A stretch of 64,000 bases of DNA from assembly GCA_973851085.1 (NCBI GenBank), contig OZ316776.1, positions 7,192,001 through 7,256,000 on the forward strand. The letters are read 5' to 3'. Within the stretch, counting starts at the first letter, position 1; every line of letters begins with the position of its first letter. The DNA comes from Ptychomitrium polyphyllum (Eukaryota). The translations under genes and the position numbers were made by a program. A model generated the notes under the pieces. The model was given only the letters and a program-made list of their open reading frames with translations. It searched no databases and was not told the DNA's origin. Positions 26,001-39,260 of the stretch are shown here, piece after piece.

Positions 26001-27885
26001 AATATTCAATACTATGTGATCAAATGCACGTATTTTACAATATTCGACACAAAAATATTGTAAGGCAACGAGGCATTTTGAGTAATTAACTCTGCAAATT
26101 GCAAGCCATTATAAAAGAATGTGTTCAACACATTCAGTAAGACTCGCAAGGAAATTGTAAGGCTGGGTCTTTCTGGCATTGAAGTCTTTTGTAGAATGGT
26201 CTTGGGAAGCAGCTTGTTGTCGAGCTGATTTGTAACTGTCAAGTATTATCGTCGGGGTTATCGTCACTCTATACTTGGAGAGCACTGCATGTGGCGGGTC
26301 TAGATCCTTTAATTTGATGAGGCGAATTATCAAGTCTGAGAAGGCTGATCGGGTATATATTGCAGACAGCTTCACAACGTGCACTGAGTACGTCGCGTAC
26401 AAAGTATAATATGAGTATCTACAGTAGCATCAGGACCATGAGACTTTTTGGAAGCTTGTATAAGCGCTGTAGCAAGGCAGCCACGCAGCCAAAAGAGAGC
26501 GCTGGGCATGACAGTAGAGAATAAAATTCTCGAAGTCGATGAAGAGTAAACCATTCGGTCAAAAATGACATTTAACGGGATTCAGCACAACAAAACGAAT
26601 TGGTATACAGTTTCGTAGCCACTGTTCACGTATGGAATGATGGACAGTTACACAGCGATCTCGAATCAATAATAAATGGGAGGCTGCTAGCTTACTATTA
26701 ATAACACGGTACTCACGATCGCAACTTCACAAAATTACTGGACGTCCAACTCTACAGTATGGATTCGATGCATGCTGACTATCCAAGCAAGTTGGAAATA
26801 CCACATCTACAGTGAAATGTTGATTTTGTCTAGGGTGAAAATTACGCTGCGCAGTTGATCTGAGTTGATTGTGTAAGTGGGGGTAGCAGATTAGCATCCT
26901 CGTAATTTGGAATTTGTTGTCATTATGCGAGAGGTGCACCTTAAAACCCTTATTAATAATCTAGCTAGAATTAAAAATGATAGCTAAATATCCATACTAT
27001 TTAGAATAAAATATTATTAGAAGTAATTTACATTATTTGAAAACGCTCCTAGAGCCACATCATTTGAGATATTTTAGGATCTACATTATGTAACGTGGCA
27101 CTTGAAATATGACTGATGGATGATTATAAAATTTAAAAGCCAGTATTCTTTTAGATCTCAAGTATATTTAATGTGGATTTTCTTAATTGAGAATCACATT
27201 ATGTGATAACCTATACTATGTACAAAAAAATTGTTGACAAATTGCTTGTATCACAAAAACCACCCACTCACGCCATCCTAAACTTTACATTAACAAAACA
27301 AGGTTGGCTGAAGGAACCGCGCACCTTTCAGCATCCGAATGGCGAAGCATATATACAAGCGCAAGCTAAAACTGTGACTCAATAGCGTTGTTCACAACAC
27401 AAGACCTTGCATTCTTACAGGTAAAGATGCATACCCAACGCACAATGTACTGTATGTTATATTCCTCATACAAGAAACACTCAGGCCACATAAACAAACA
27501 TTTGAATAAACGTACTTGTAAGAGGATTATGTAATGTGGCCTAACTTAACACTCACTTAACTAATAGGTCAGCCCAAGCCGTGAGTCGGCAAAAACCAAC
27601 TAGTGGCCCAATGACACCAAACTGTCAAAAGGCTTTAAAGTAATACAATGACTGACTGCTGCTCGAGGCAGTGGTGTTTCCTCTAAGTCACTGATTATTT
27701 GAAAAAACCAAATTCTACATACTCATTCACACCATTTTCACAAGTTCTTTGTACTTGTACAGGGGGTCCAAACTTCCACAACGTCACGTGTTTGACTCGT
27801 CATGAGGTTCATTCTTTGACAGGCTGGGTACTTTGATCTGGTCGTCAGCTGCAACTGGCAGCACTTGCACAGAGCGTGCACCAAT

Positions 27886-28839
27886 CTACTCGAATGGAAT
27901 TTCCTCGAGTTCTCCTTCCTTGTCGCAAGTCCCTGTTCAATAATACCACATGATACATCCATTAGAGAGAAGATTTATCCTGATCATGATGGACTACAAG
28001 AGATCGCAGTCTTTCCGAGAAGGATGCCTACATATTACATCGTCCCGGCCGGCCGGCAACCGTGCTTACCATTGGTGGAGGCCACATACGAATAGCAGTC
28101 GCTTGAGCCTAAGTCAACATAGCAGGTGCCGGGGGAGTAACCACAGTTGGCTCCAGACTTGCGGATCTCTCCAGCCACGGTCTTCATGCTGGCATATCTG
28201 TAGAATGCATCAAAGGCGTTACATATAATATCTTTCCGCCACGATGTGCCAATTCCAGTACATGTAAAGCAGTGACTACAGCATGTATCATCTACACAAT
28301 CTCCTCATGACAAATTGAAGCAACCTTTGAAATGGATAGAGTACCTCTCGTCACCCATGGTCTCATCGAACCACGTACTTTGATTGCATCTGTTCCAAAC
28401 AGCAAGAAAAAATGTTTATGAGAATTGATGTCAAAATCAAAAGGAAACAAATCGTACTATTAGCCTCTAAGAGAACCCCTACTCGCCTCAACAATTTTCA
28501 TTGGATTTGCCGAAATCATAGACTCCACTTTGTCTTGGAACTTGTAAATTGTAACCACCCCACTCAAAGCCCACCCCACACAATTCACATGCACCAGCTA
28601 CAAGGCAACTGGACCATCATTACCTCCAGCGCACATACTCAAAACCCCCATCCCATGAGAAACCCCACTCACGCCAGAATTCACCCCAAAGTGATCCCTT
28701 CTCACCGATCCATACCAAATTGGTAACCCATCGAGTACCTGGACAGTGACAGAATGACCTCACAAATACTGCTCCGGAATACTCACGTGCAAGTAGCCTG
28801 GCAGCCGCACTTGGAGCAGCATCCGCATCCACACGACAT
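27886..28839 (-). CDS. Metallothionein-like small Cys-rich protein, 4 exons (28839-28787, 28389-28345, 28197-28070, 27932-27886), 90 aa: MSCGCGCCSKCGCQATCTCNQSTWFDETMGDERYASMKTVAGEIRKSGANCGYSPGTCYVDLGSSDCYSYVASTNGTCDKEGELEEIPFE
   Basis: Three canonical GT-AG introns with matching phases (2,2,1) give one open frame; 8 Cys in the first 19 aa, 12 in total. Confidence 0.72.
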
Positions 28840-31800
28840 GATGGTAAAGATGAAAAAAGTCTTCCAAGGACGTTATTCTGGTGATCACGATCACGAAGGC
28901 GAAGAACCACAAAGTGTCTCACAATCCAACCCTCAAAGACAGCCTGATCGGGAACCCGCTTCAGATAAACTCACGCAACAACCACAGCAGCAACACCAGT
29001 AACCGAAGGCAGACAGCAAGTGCAAAGCAAATTGAAGCTCGAGTGAAAGTGAAGCAGAAGAGATAGAAGAGCCAAGTGCCTCAAACACAAAAGCTGCTGC
29101 CTCTGTAGAGTGACAAAGGTCGGTCCTTTCATGCCCGCTTGCCCCGGGGGCAGCCCCCACGATATTCTTGTCCTTCCTGCCCACCACCTTCCCATTCTCT
29201 ATTCTCGGTGCGGGTAGTGCTGAATCCAACCTCTCCATCATCTGCCCGCCCCCACGCGACACTTCTTTCACGCTCCTTGCATGCTTCTCGCCGCTCCGGT
29301 TGCGTTCTCGATTGTTCCCGAGAGTTCAATCGTCTTTCCAGCAAGGCCCATGATGGATAGAGGAATGTCGTTGCTGTTTGCTTCCTGAATCATAGGCTGT
29401 ACTGGCATCTGCCGCAGAATAGCATGGTGGTGCGGCACATGGTGGTGGCTGTGGCCATGGGCATCCAATTTGTAACAGTATTGAAAACTCAGGGCTATTT
29501 TATTTTTATTTATCAGATGAAATCAGTAAGCTTTGCAAAACTGCGCAATTTGTCTATTTTATTCACTCACATACTGCTGATTTTGTTAAAAAATGGCCCT
29601 CGTCCCATTTAAGTTTGAGTCATCTCTATCTCTTGCTTGTGGTTTTCTTATATTTTGGGTAACTCAACACCCTTGCATACCATATTAGTTGCATATATTA
29701 CACTGTACACAAGAGCATTTTATAACTGGTACATGCTGCAACATCTTTATTTGGCATCTACAATGTACAATTAGGCTTGAACAGCCCATAACCACCACAC
29801 CAAGGGCCGTCTTACACAGGAGAAACAAATAATTTAGCCCAAGACATGTGTTTCTAATGAAATTTTTTCCCAAAAAACCAATAACCACCAATAGATCCTC
29901 CATTAATTACTCAAATAAAATTTAGTGCCCATTGTTTAGTCCTTGCACAATCTTAATCTCATTAAAAAATACAAAGCATTAAGCCTATTTTTACAATAGT
30001 TTTCTCATGTTGTCACCATGCAATAATTTATTTTTTAAAATTTTTTATCTTTTATTTGTTTATTTTTTTGAACTTATTTATTATATTTATATTTAAATTA
30101 CTACCATTTTTTTACTAATTTCACCGACTCAAAAAAATTTAGTTTATTACTACCTCATTTAATATTAACAACCACTATTATATAGCTCTATTATTATCAA
30201 CAATAATTTTAATTTACATCACATTTTCTATTCTAAGCCATTACTTTTTTTTATTGTTTTTAATACATTCCATCTCTTATAGTTTTAAATATATGCCAAT
30301 CTTATTATAACCGGTGGTCTATAGAAGATGGTGACTTTGGATTGTTCTACTTTAATTATCCATTGGAGTAGGTAGCAAGCTCTTTATTTTGAAATTGTGT
30401 GCAATTTGGGCTAATATCTATATTAATCTCTGTATATTTGAAATCAAACAAGAAACACATTTGTGACAAACATAACATTCTAAGTCCATTGCTTTGGCTT
30501 TTGTATTTGCAATTGTATTTCGGAAATATTATATATAATAACTTTGAATACACCAATACTTTTTCAAATATTCTTATAATTATTGTATTTAAAGCCATAA
30601 AGTTATTGTTATAATGTTTCAAAAAATAAAATGACTATGAAGCATGTGCTTGCCTTCATGATGTATTAATTATTCCTATGATTTGACTTCAAAATATATG
30701 ATTGTAGTACCATCTTAAAATAGGATGAGAATATTAAAAACAGCAAGGAGAAAACTAAGTATGTTGTATGTCTTAACATTCAAGCCAACTAATTGGAATT
30801 AAGACACTTCATCCTAGCTTAAGAAAGCACTTACAAAAATCAAAAAGAAAATTCCCAAATTTAAAATGAAGATATATTTAATTTATTTGGACAAAAAAAT
30901 CAAATGAAATGTAAGCATAGTTTTTCATCTTATTAAATGCCTAAAACACGTGTATATACATTATATTGTGCCTTTGAAAAAATTTAGAAATAATCGTTTA
31001 AATAACACGGTATAAAATAATATTCATAAAAAATTTCTTTTCTAAAGTTTTTAAACATCAAAAGGAAGAAAATCAAAATGTAATTTATATTGATTGCATT
31101 TGATGTTCATAACAAGAAGTAATTTGAATCAAAAGCCATTAAAAATTGAAGATATATCAAAAAGAATAAATTGATCATACAATTTGTATAATTTTATTCA
31201 TGTAGATGTTTTTTTTTTTTTTCTATAATTTTTTTGTATGTTTTTAAAGAATTTTCATCCATTACTTTTAGTTTAAAATTATATCATAAATCCGTAAAGA
31301 TATATTATAAATTAAGGTGTCATTTATAACTATTTTGTATAAAGTTAAATAATTTTAAACTTTGGAATTCTTATGAATTTTGATTAAGCTTTCAAAACTA
31401 AAGCAAATAAATCTTTGCTCAAATACAATTCCAAGGAAAAAATTTTGTGTTTTATTCTCAAAAAATTCTAATTATAAAATCAAAGTACTATCAAACCATG
31501 TTAAAATATCAAATCAGCTTAGGAATATACAAATTTCAAAAATGACCTAAATTTTAAATAAGTTGTAGAAGGCCTAAGCAAATTCTAATATTAAATGACA
31601 CTTTGAAGAAAAATTTTAAAAAAAACTTTAAAAACATGATGAAAGGAATCTTTAAATAACATAAATTGGTGCTTTATACTTGCACACATGATACAAACCA
31701 TATCTTCCTTTTGCTTGTTGTAATAATTCATTATTAAAGTAATAATAATATACAAACGTAATATTATTTTATTGCTTTATTCAGTATCAAGATATATACT

Positions 31801-31983
31801 AAATGTAAATATTTTTTAGAAAAAATTAGATGGAGAGAAGATTTTTTTTCATTAAAATCAACCTTATATAATTAAAAGTTCAAATTTGATAATAAAATAT
31901 TGATAACCAAGCTTAATAGAAGATGATTCCATTTTTTTAAATTTTAGTACTTCATAAATTTTAATTCTTCAATGAATAGTTAT

Positions 31984-34900
31984 TATCACAAACATACATA
32001 TTAAAAGCATCTAGAAAGGTTTTAAAAATGTTTAGAAAGCTTCCAAGGAAGCAATTCAAAGTTGCTTGAGTACAAAACAATGTAATTAAAGCTTCCCATA
32101 CTTACTCTATTTGTAACAATTAGTTGAGACTATCATAGAATAACATCATAACTTGGTTTTGCTTGATGGAGAGTGAATCATCCTTCTTTTTAAAAGCACT
32201 ATAGTATTCTAGAGGTTGCGGATTACTTTCCTTTGGACTAATAATACCTCTTGAATTTTCTCTAGTTTTTTATTTTTTTTGTATATTTAGCAGTTTTTAT
32301 CTGTTTTTGTTTCATTTCTATGTCAGAAGGAGAGAAAGTCAATATGACTAATTTAAAAGAAGCCAAATTAGATTCTATTATCAATGCCTCTAGAGCATTG
32401 AGGATCTAGACCAAGACTTTATCCAAGCAAAACAAAGAACTATACTTGACTATACATAATGGTAAAAGAGCAAAAGCACCGAAATTGCTATTCCAAATCA
32501 ATTTAGGTGCTTCATTATATAGACATGATTTAATAGAAGACAGATAAGTTCAAGCTAGGAATTCAATGTTAACAGCCAAAGAACCAAAAATCAACCTTTC
32601 GGAAAAGTTTAATAGTATGCATTCAAAATTTTGAGGCTTTGTAAACCAAGTTCAACTTATTACCTTACTTCAACCTTGACGATATCTTACGCATGCTATA
32701 CGTGTTGGTTTGGTAGAAGCGTTGCTCTTGAAACAAGTACTATCCTGGTTTGCACCACTTTTTTAGAAGAATTCTCTTATACTTAACAACTTTGATGCAT
32801 TCTTAGACGCATTTGCAAAAGCATTTGGTGACCATAATAAGCTGCGTTTTGCAACTACTAAGATTTGTACCTTGCGCTAAGGGCCATATTCTAGATGAAA
32901 AGTTGCATTGGAATTTTGACAACCTATATGCAAAATTAATTGAGGAGAAAAAACGCTGATGAGTCAATTTCATTGGAGCATATGCAATAAGGCAAAGGAT
33001 TTATTGCTATCCATGCCATACTTCCAAATACTTAATGAAGCCATCAGTCAAGCTTTTAAGTGCAATAATTGTCTATTTTCAAAGTCAATAAGATAAACAA
33101 ACTCTAATTATCCCTCTATTATATACCAACTTTTTAGTAACATTGGCCTCGTCTACTTCTAATACATATTTAGAAGCGGAAGCCATGCAGATTGATGCGG
33201 TTCACTTCAAGCCCCTTACCAAACGTGAAAAGAAGCTACAAAGAAAGCAAGGATTGTGTTTGTACTATAGAAAATATGGCAATAAGATTGATAACTGCCT
33301 AAAAAAATTTCTACATACATATAAGATGAGAAGCACAATCACAACACCAAATATTTTGCAAATTAATGAGGATGTCAAGCCACAATAGGGACTGTGCGAC
33401 TGGATCCACTTCTTTTGCAAGAAAAAAAAATGTCTTGTTCTATTAATCCATCTTTTTTCTTGTTTTACTATACCTTTTTATTCAGGTGTTCAAAAGTTCA
33501 AAGCCTTGCTCTATTAGTTTCAAAGGCCTTTGCTTGCTTTGTTGATAAAGAATTTTTGAAAACCCATAAGTTTCTTTTTATTAAAAAACCCAAACCCGTC
33601 CATGTAGAAGTCATAGATGGTCAATTGTTATCTTCCGGAGATGTTATTCATGAGACCAATTTATTAATAATAATATTAAACAACCATAGTAGCCAAATGA
33701 TATTTAATATCATTAGATCTCTGTCAAGTTCCATCGTTCTAAAGCTTTTTTTATTCAAAAAGTACAATCCGCAAATAAATTGAACATCCTTCAAAATAAA
33801 ATTTCCATCATTTGAACCTGTAACCACTAAGCCCAAGGAAGAAGCTAAAGCATCTTATAAATCTAAAACCATAAAACCTCTCTTTATTGGAGTTAAAGCA
33901 TTCATGAAAGCAATAAAGCCTGATGCTTTTTTTGTTGTATATGCAACTTCAACGTCCAAAGTTGTGGCTTCATCCTCAACCATTCAAAGAAAGTATAATG
34001 AATTCAATGATGTATTTGAAAATAAGAATGCAGACATTCTACCAGAACATCATTCCTACGATTGTATCATAGATCTCTAAAACGGCGGCCAGCCACCATT
34101 TTGACCTATCTATAATTTATCCCAAAACAAGCTTTCATCACTAAGGAAGTATATTGATGAAAACTTAGCCAAGAACTTCATTTGACATTCAAAATCTCAT
34201 GTTAGTGCTCCGATACTTTTTGTAATAAAGAAAGTAAGATCTTTATGAATGTATGTTGATTACCTTGGCCTCAACAAAATGATTGTGAAAAACCAATACC
34301 CATTGCAGCTAATATCTAGACTTCTTGATCAACTTGGTCAAATAAAAATCTATACTAAAATAGACTTACAAAGAGCCTATAATTTGGTGAACATCGAAGA
34401 AGGAGATAAATGGAAGACGGCTTTTTGAACAAGGTATGGACATTTTGAATACAATGTCATGCTTTTTGGACTTACCAATGCACCTGCCATTTTTCAGCAC
34501 TTGATGAATGACATATTAAAGGAGTGCCTCAATGATTTTGTCATATACAGTCTAGATGATATCTTGATCTACTCAAAGAATCCAAAAGAACATGAACGAC
34601 ATGTCCGCATAATCCTACAACAGCTACAAGATGCCAATTTGTATGCTAAGCTAGAGAAATATGTATTCTATGGAACTCAAGTGGAGTTCTTTGGATATAT
34701 CATCTCCAATAAAGGACTATTAATGGATCCAAAGAAGGTCAAAGCAATCAACAATTGGACGAGGTCAAAATTGGTACGTGATGTCCAATATTTTTTTGGA
34801 TTTGCAAACTTCTATAAGATCTTTATCAAAGACTATTCTTGAATAGTTGCACCACTTGTGCGACTAACATGCAAAGAAAAGCTCAAGTCGGAATCCAATA

Positions 34901-36900
34901 CTCAAGATACATTCCAAAGTTTGAAGCAAGCTTTAACCATAGTTCCTATTCTAATCCATTTGGACTTTCCAAAGCAATTTTAGCTTGAAATAAATGCTTT
35001 TGATTTTGTAGTAGGAACAATTTTGTCAAAAATGAGAGGAGAAGAGAGACTCCATCCGATTGCATTCCATTCCAAAAAAAATTTAGCTGCGGAAATAAAC
35101 TACAAGATCCACGACAAATAACTCCTTGCAATTATGGATTCCTTCCAAGAATGACGTTACTTGTTCAAAGGTTTTGCAGATCTATTTATTGTATATACAT
35201 TCCATAACAACTTGGAATATTTCATATCAACCCATGTTTTGAATTGTCACCAAACTCGTTGGAGTACGTTCCTATCTCAATTTGATTTTTGCATTACATA
35301 TCAACTCGGAAAACAACAAGGGTTGTCAAATGCTTTGCCAAGGCAATCATATCTTACATCAAAAGAAAGAAGGGCAGCAAACGATCAACAATAAGCAATT
35401 TTGTTGAAACCCGACAATTTTATACACGCACAACCACCATTTCAATTCCAGTGGATTCATCATTTTTTAACCAGGTGCATATGGCATCTACAAAGGACCC
35501 TCTTATTTTTTATATCAAGCGCCATTCCAACAACCACCTTGAAGATGTATTTTAATTCAAATTAGAAGACAACCTTTTTTACTTTGAAAAACGTCTATAT
35601 ATTCCTGAAGGATCAGTTTGCGTTTGTGTACTTCAAACACGTCATGACTTTCCTGTGGCTGGACATTTTGAATTCAACAAAAGCTTGGAACTCCTCTCTT
35701 GAGACTTTTGGTAGCCTCAAATATAGAAAGTTGTTAAAAAATTTGTACTCTTGTGTGATACCTACTCTAGGTCAAAAAACCCTTGACACCGTCAATATGA
35801 ACTTTTCCAACCACTGCCTATTTCAAAGCAACCGTGGTTGTCTATTTCAATGGATTTCATTACAAATCTTCCACTATTAAATTCTTCTGATACCATCTTT
35901 GTTGTGGTAGACCAGTTGACTAAAATTGCACACTTTGTACCTTGCAAGAAGACAATTATAAGTGAAGAAACTGCCACACTCTCCATGGATAATGTCTATC
36001 GCTACGATGGATTACTCGACAATATTATATCAAATTATGGACCACAATTTATATTAAGATTTTAGAAATCACTCTTTGAAATCCTTAAGACAAACATCAA
36101 ACTTTCTTTTGCCTTCCATCCTCACATCAATGGCCAAACAGAGGGAGCTAACCAAATTTTGGAGCAATATTTTAAGTGTACCATCAACAACTAACAAGAT
36201 GATTGGACTTCCTTACCTAACATTGGCTATGTTTCTGTACAACAACACCGCTCATGCTTCCATCCAACAAACGCCATTCTATTCTAACTATGGACATCAT
36301 CCAAAGATGGATATGTTACAGCTTCTACAATTTGAGAATCCGCCAATAAAAAAATTTGCTACAAAGATGGCAAAGCTTCAAGCAATCATGCAAACTCAAC
36401 TAAAAGAAGCTCAAGAATAATACAAAACAGGAGCAAATGCAAGAAGGAAGGAACAACCTCCATTCCAAGTTGGTAAGAAGGGGTGGCTCTTTTGACGCAA
36501 CATAAGAACCGATGAGCCATGTGACAACTTGGACTATTGCAAATTGGGACCATTTGTAATAAAAAAAAACAAGTCAATCACGTGGCATATTGTTTGGAAC
36601 TACCAACATCAATGAAATTAAATCTTGTCTTCTACATTTCACTTTTGGAAACTTATAAAGAATCAAATATCCTTGGATAAAGGCAGCTGCCATCATCTAT
36701 GGTCAAAATTGACAATCATCATGAATTCGAAAAGGAAGAAGTGCTTGAGTCACGGATAAGACGTGGAAAGTTGGAATACTTGGTCCATTAGCGCAAATAT
36801 AATAGCAGTGAACGTCTATGGGAGCTAGCTAACAATCTTGTCAATTTACTATTAAAAATTTGTGAGTTCCATCAACAATATCCATCCAAATCAAAAGTAG
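31984..36900 (+). mobile_element. Decayed Ty3/Gypsy chromovirus-type LTR retrotransposon: deleted 5' LTR remnant, gag, protease, RT, RNase H, integrase, chromodomain; no 3' LTR recognised
   Basis: Gag end (AMQIDAV...GLCLY); protease (ALLVSKAFACFVD...VEVIDG); RT (FGLTNAPAIFQ, YSLDDILIYS); RNase H; integrase (ISMDFITNLP...VVVDQLTK); chromodomain at 36723-36880 (EFEKEEVLESR...LEYLVH*...WE); many stops and frameshifts. Confidence 0.93.
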
Positions 36901-39110
36901 CAATTAAATGAATAGTGGCTCGGTAAAGTTGCATAACCTTGAAGGCCTTTGATGCTTGGGCTTTTAAATAGGGGAGAAAGCAATTTCTAGATCATAAGTT
37001 TCCAAGCCCCAGACATAATTTCAAAATTAATCTTTTGTATTTTGAAGACTATCATTATTCCTTGAGACTAGTTCAATATATTTAAAAAATCCATATATGT
37101 CAAAATTAATTATAATCATTAAAGGCATTTAGACAAGATTTAGGAACATTATTAGTTTATATATAATTTAAATTTTTTATTATAATGCAAAATAAAACAT
37201 TCAGTTTAAACAAAATTCAATTCAATTTATAAATAGGTGTTTTAATTGTTATTGCAAATTCAAAATTAAATAGAATGTGTTTAGCATTATACTTATATAA
37301 TTTCATTGTATTTAAAATTCTATATTTAATAATACAATTGAACATATTCAATAATATTTATAGAATTAGAGCGTTAACTTGTGCCATGAAGTATTTTTCA
37401 ATACAATCATTTCTTTAAATAACTCAACAATATATACTATATAATTAGAATATTTTTCTATTAGAAATATGCCAACGGTTAAATCTCCAACAAAGATTTA
37501 GATAATGATCCTATAAAGAGGAATGTAAATAAAATTCAAATGATTAATAATTTTTTTGTATAAAATCATATAATGAAATAAATTTCGTAAAAAATAAAAT
37601 AAAAATAAAGAATAATTGTACAAGTTTAAGTAAAATATTTTAAAGCATGTTATAAAGTCAATAAATTCCAACAAGAATTTGCTTCCATGTATAGATGAAC
37701 AATAGTGAATTCACATGAGCATCAATATTGGGGAATTTCAAACCAATTCTATGAATTCTTCAATAGTGGAATCTGAACACATTGTAAGTATTATTTTTAG
37801 AAAAAACTTGATAAGCAATTAACCACAAAAATCATTGATGTTGTATCAAAAAAGAAGAAGGATTTCTTCGTGGTTGTTGCACTCACCAATTTCCAACAAA
37901 ATGAATTTTATCATTTTACCATCCTTCCATCCTTCCATCCTTCTATTTGCTATTAAAATTTAAAATCCATTGGTCATTCAATAGATAAAGAATATAATAT
38001 CACAATGAATGATTGAATACAATATCACAATTTATTTATGGAAGCATCAAATAAAATATTAATATGTAGTTGATTTGGAAAGGAAAACAAGACAATGCAG
38101 CATAAAAAACCTAGTGTTGAATTGTGAATAAATATAGAGTAAGTGATTTTTAATTGTTAAAATTTCTTTTGGCAAGGAAAAAGAATTAATTTGGAATTGT
38201 AAAAACATAGGGAGGTGGAGAAAATTAATTTTGACTTCTTATAAATATAATCATAAGATTTAAAGAAATAAATTAGGAGTAATTTATGAAAAAGTTAAAC
38301 CAGGAAAAGACCATTAAAACAATATGATATAAAAAGTCGCATGCTTTTGGTAACCTTAAATCCAAACTTCTCACCAAGTATCATCTTAGTGTTCATTTAA
38401 AAGTGCTTGATATGGTTGCCTTGTCCTTGACAACTCGAAAAGGTTTCTCCATTCATTAAATTTCAGTGATTTCAGGAGGGCTGTCGTGGATTTCATCTCC
38501 AGTAGCGGACTTCTCCGTTTGCTTGAAAAAAATAAATTAAAAAAAAAATAAAAAAAAATAAATAAATAAATGAATGAATGAATGAATGAATGAATAAGTT
38601 GTAGATATTAAGTTAGGACAGGTGGTAATTAGCACCTTCTTACACCTTCCTTGGGGGTTTACGTCCTTAAGGTGGTCCATAGCGAAAATCAGGTGCGAGC
38701 CATGCATTGCTGCGATTGTATTGGTGGGGGGTTTGTTCCAACCTAGGGCCCTTGATGCCCACTGGTGGTGATTTTTAATGCAGAGATCGTGTTGTCCCCC
38801 CCGACAACAATTTATGTTACACAGTGCGCAATTCCCTTATTTCTGGATCCAGACCCAAGCAGTCAGTAAGTTGTAGGAGTAACTGGTAACATTCGCAGTG
38901 TGGCCGCGGGCTGAAGCTCAATGGTCTAATTTTGTCAGGACATAGCTTTTTTTTATATTTTATTTTTGCCATGGTTTGAGGAGCAAGATACTTGGCGACT
39001 TGGATGCTTTTTCCACACGTACACATCGATTCTTCTATTTTGATACACGTGCTGTACCTAGATAATACAAAAGTGAACTCCACGTAATACTAGGGTTGAT
39101 TTAAAGAAGC

Positions 39111-39260
39111 CACACATCTTGACACATCTTGACACATCTTGACACATCTTGACACATCTTGCCACATCTTGCCACATCTTGCCACATCTTGCCACATCTT
39201 GCCACATCTTGCCACATCTTGACACATCTTGACACATCTTGACACATCTCGACACATCTT
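39111..39260. repeat. 10-bp minisatellite, 15 units of G(A/C)CACATCTT
   Basis: Units read directly in the sequence. Confidence 0.97.

Noticed and set aside
28881..29470. Several overlapping ORFs upstream of the MT-like gene
   Set aside because: Low-complexity, GC-rich 5' UTR/promoter-like sequence with no domain signal
39111..39260. CRISPR-like or coding repeat (MCQDVSRCVK ORF)
   Set aside because: No spacers and a eukaryotic context; the ORF is just a translation of the 10-bp minisatellite
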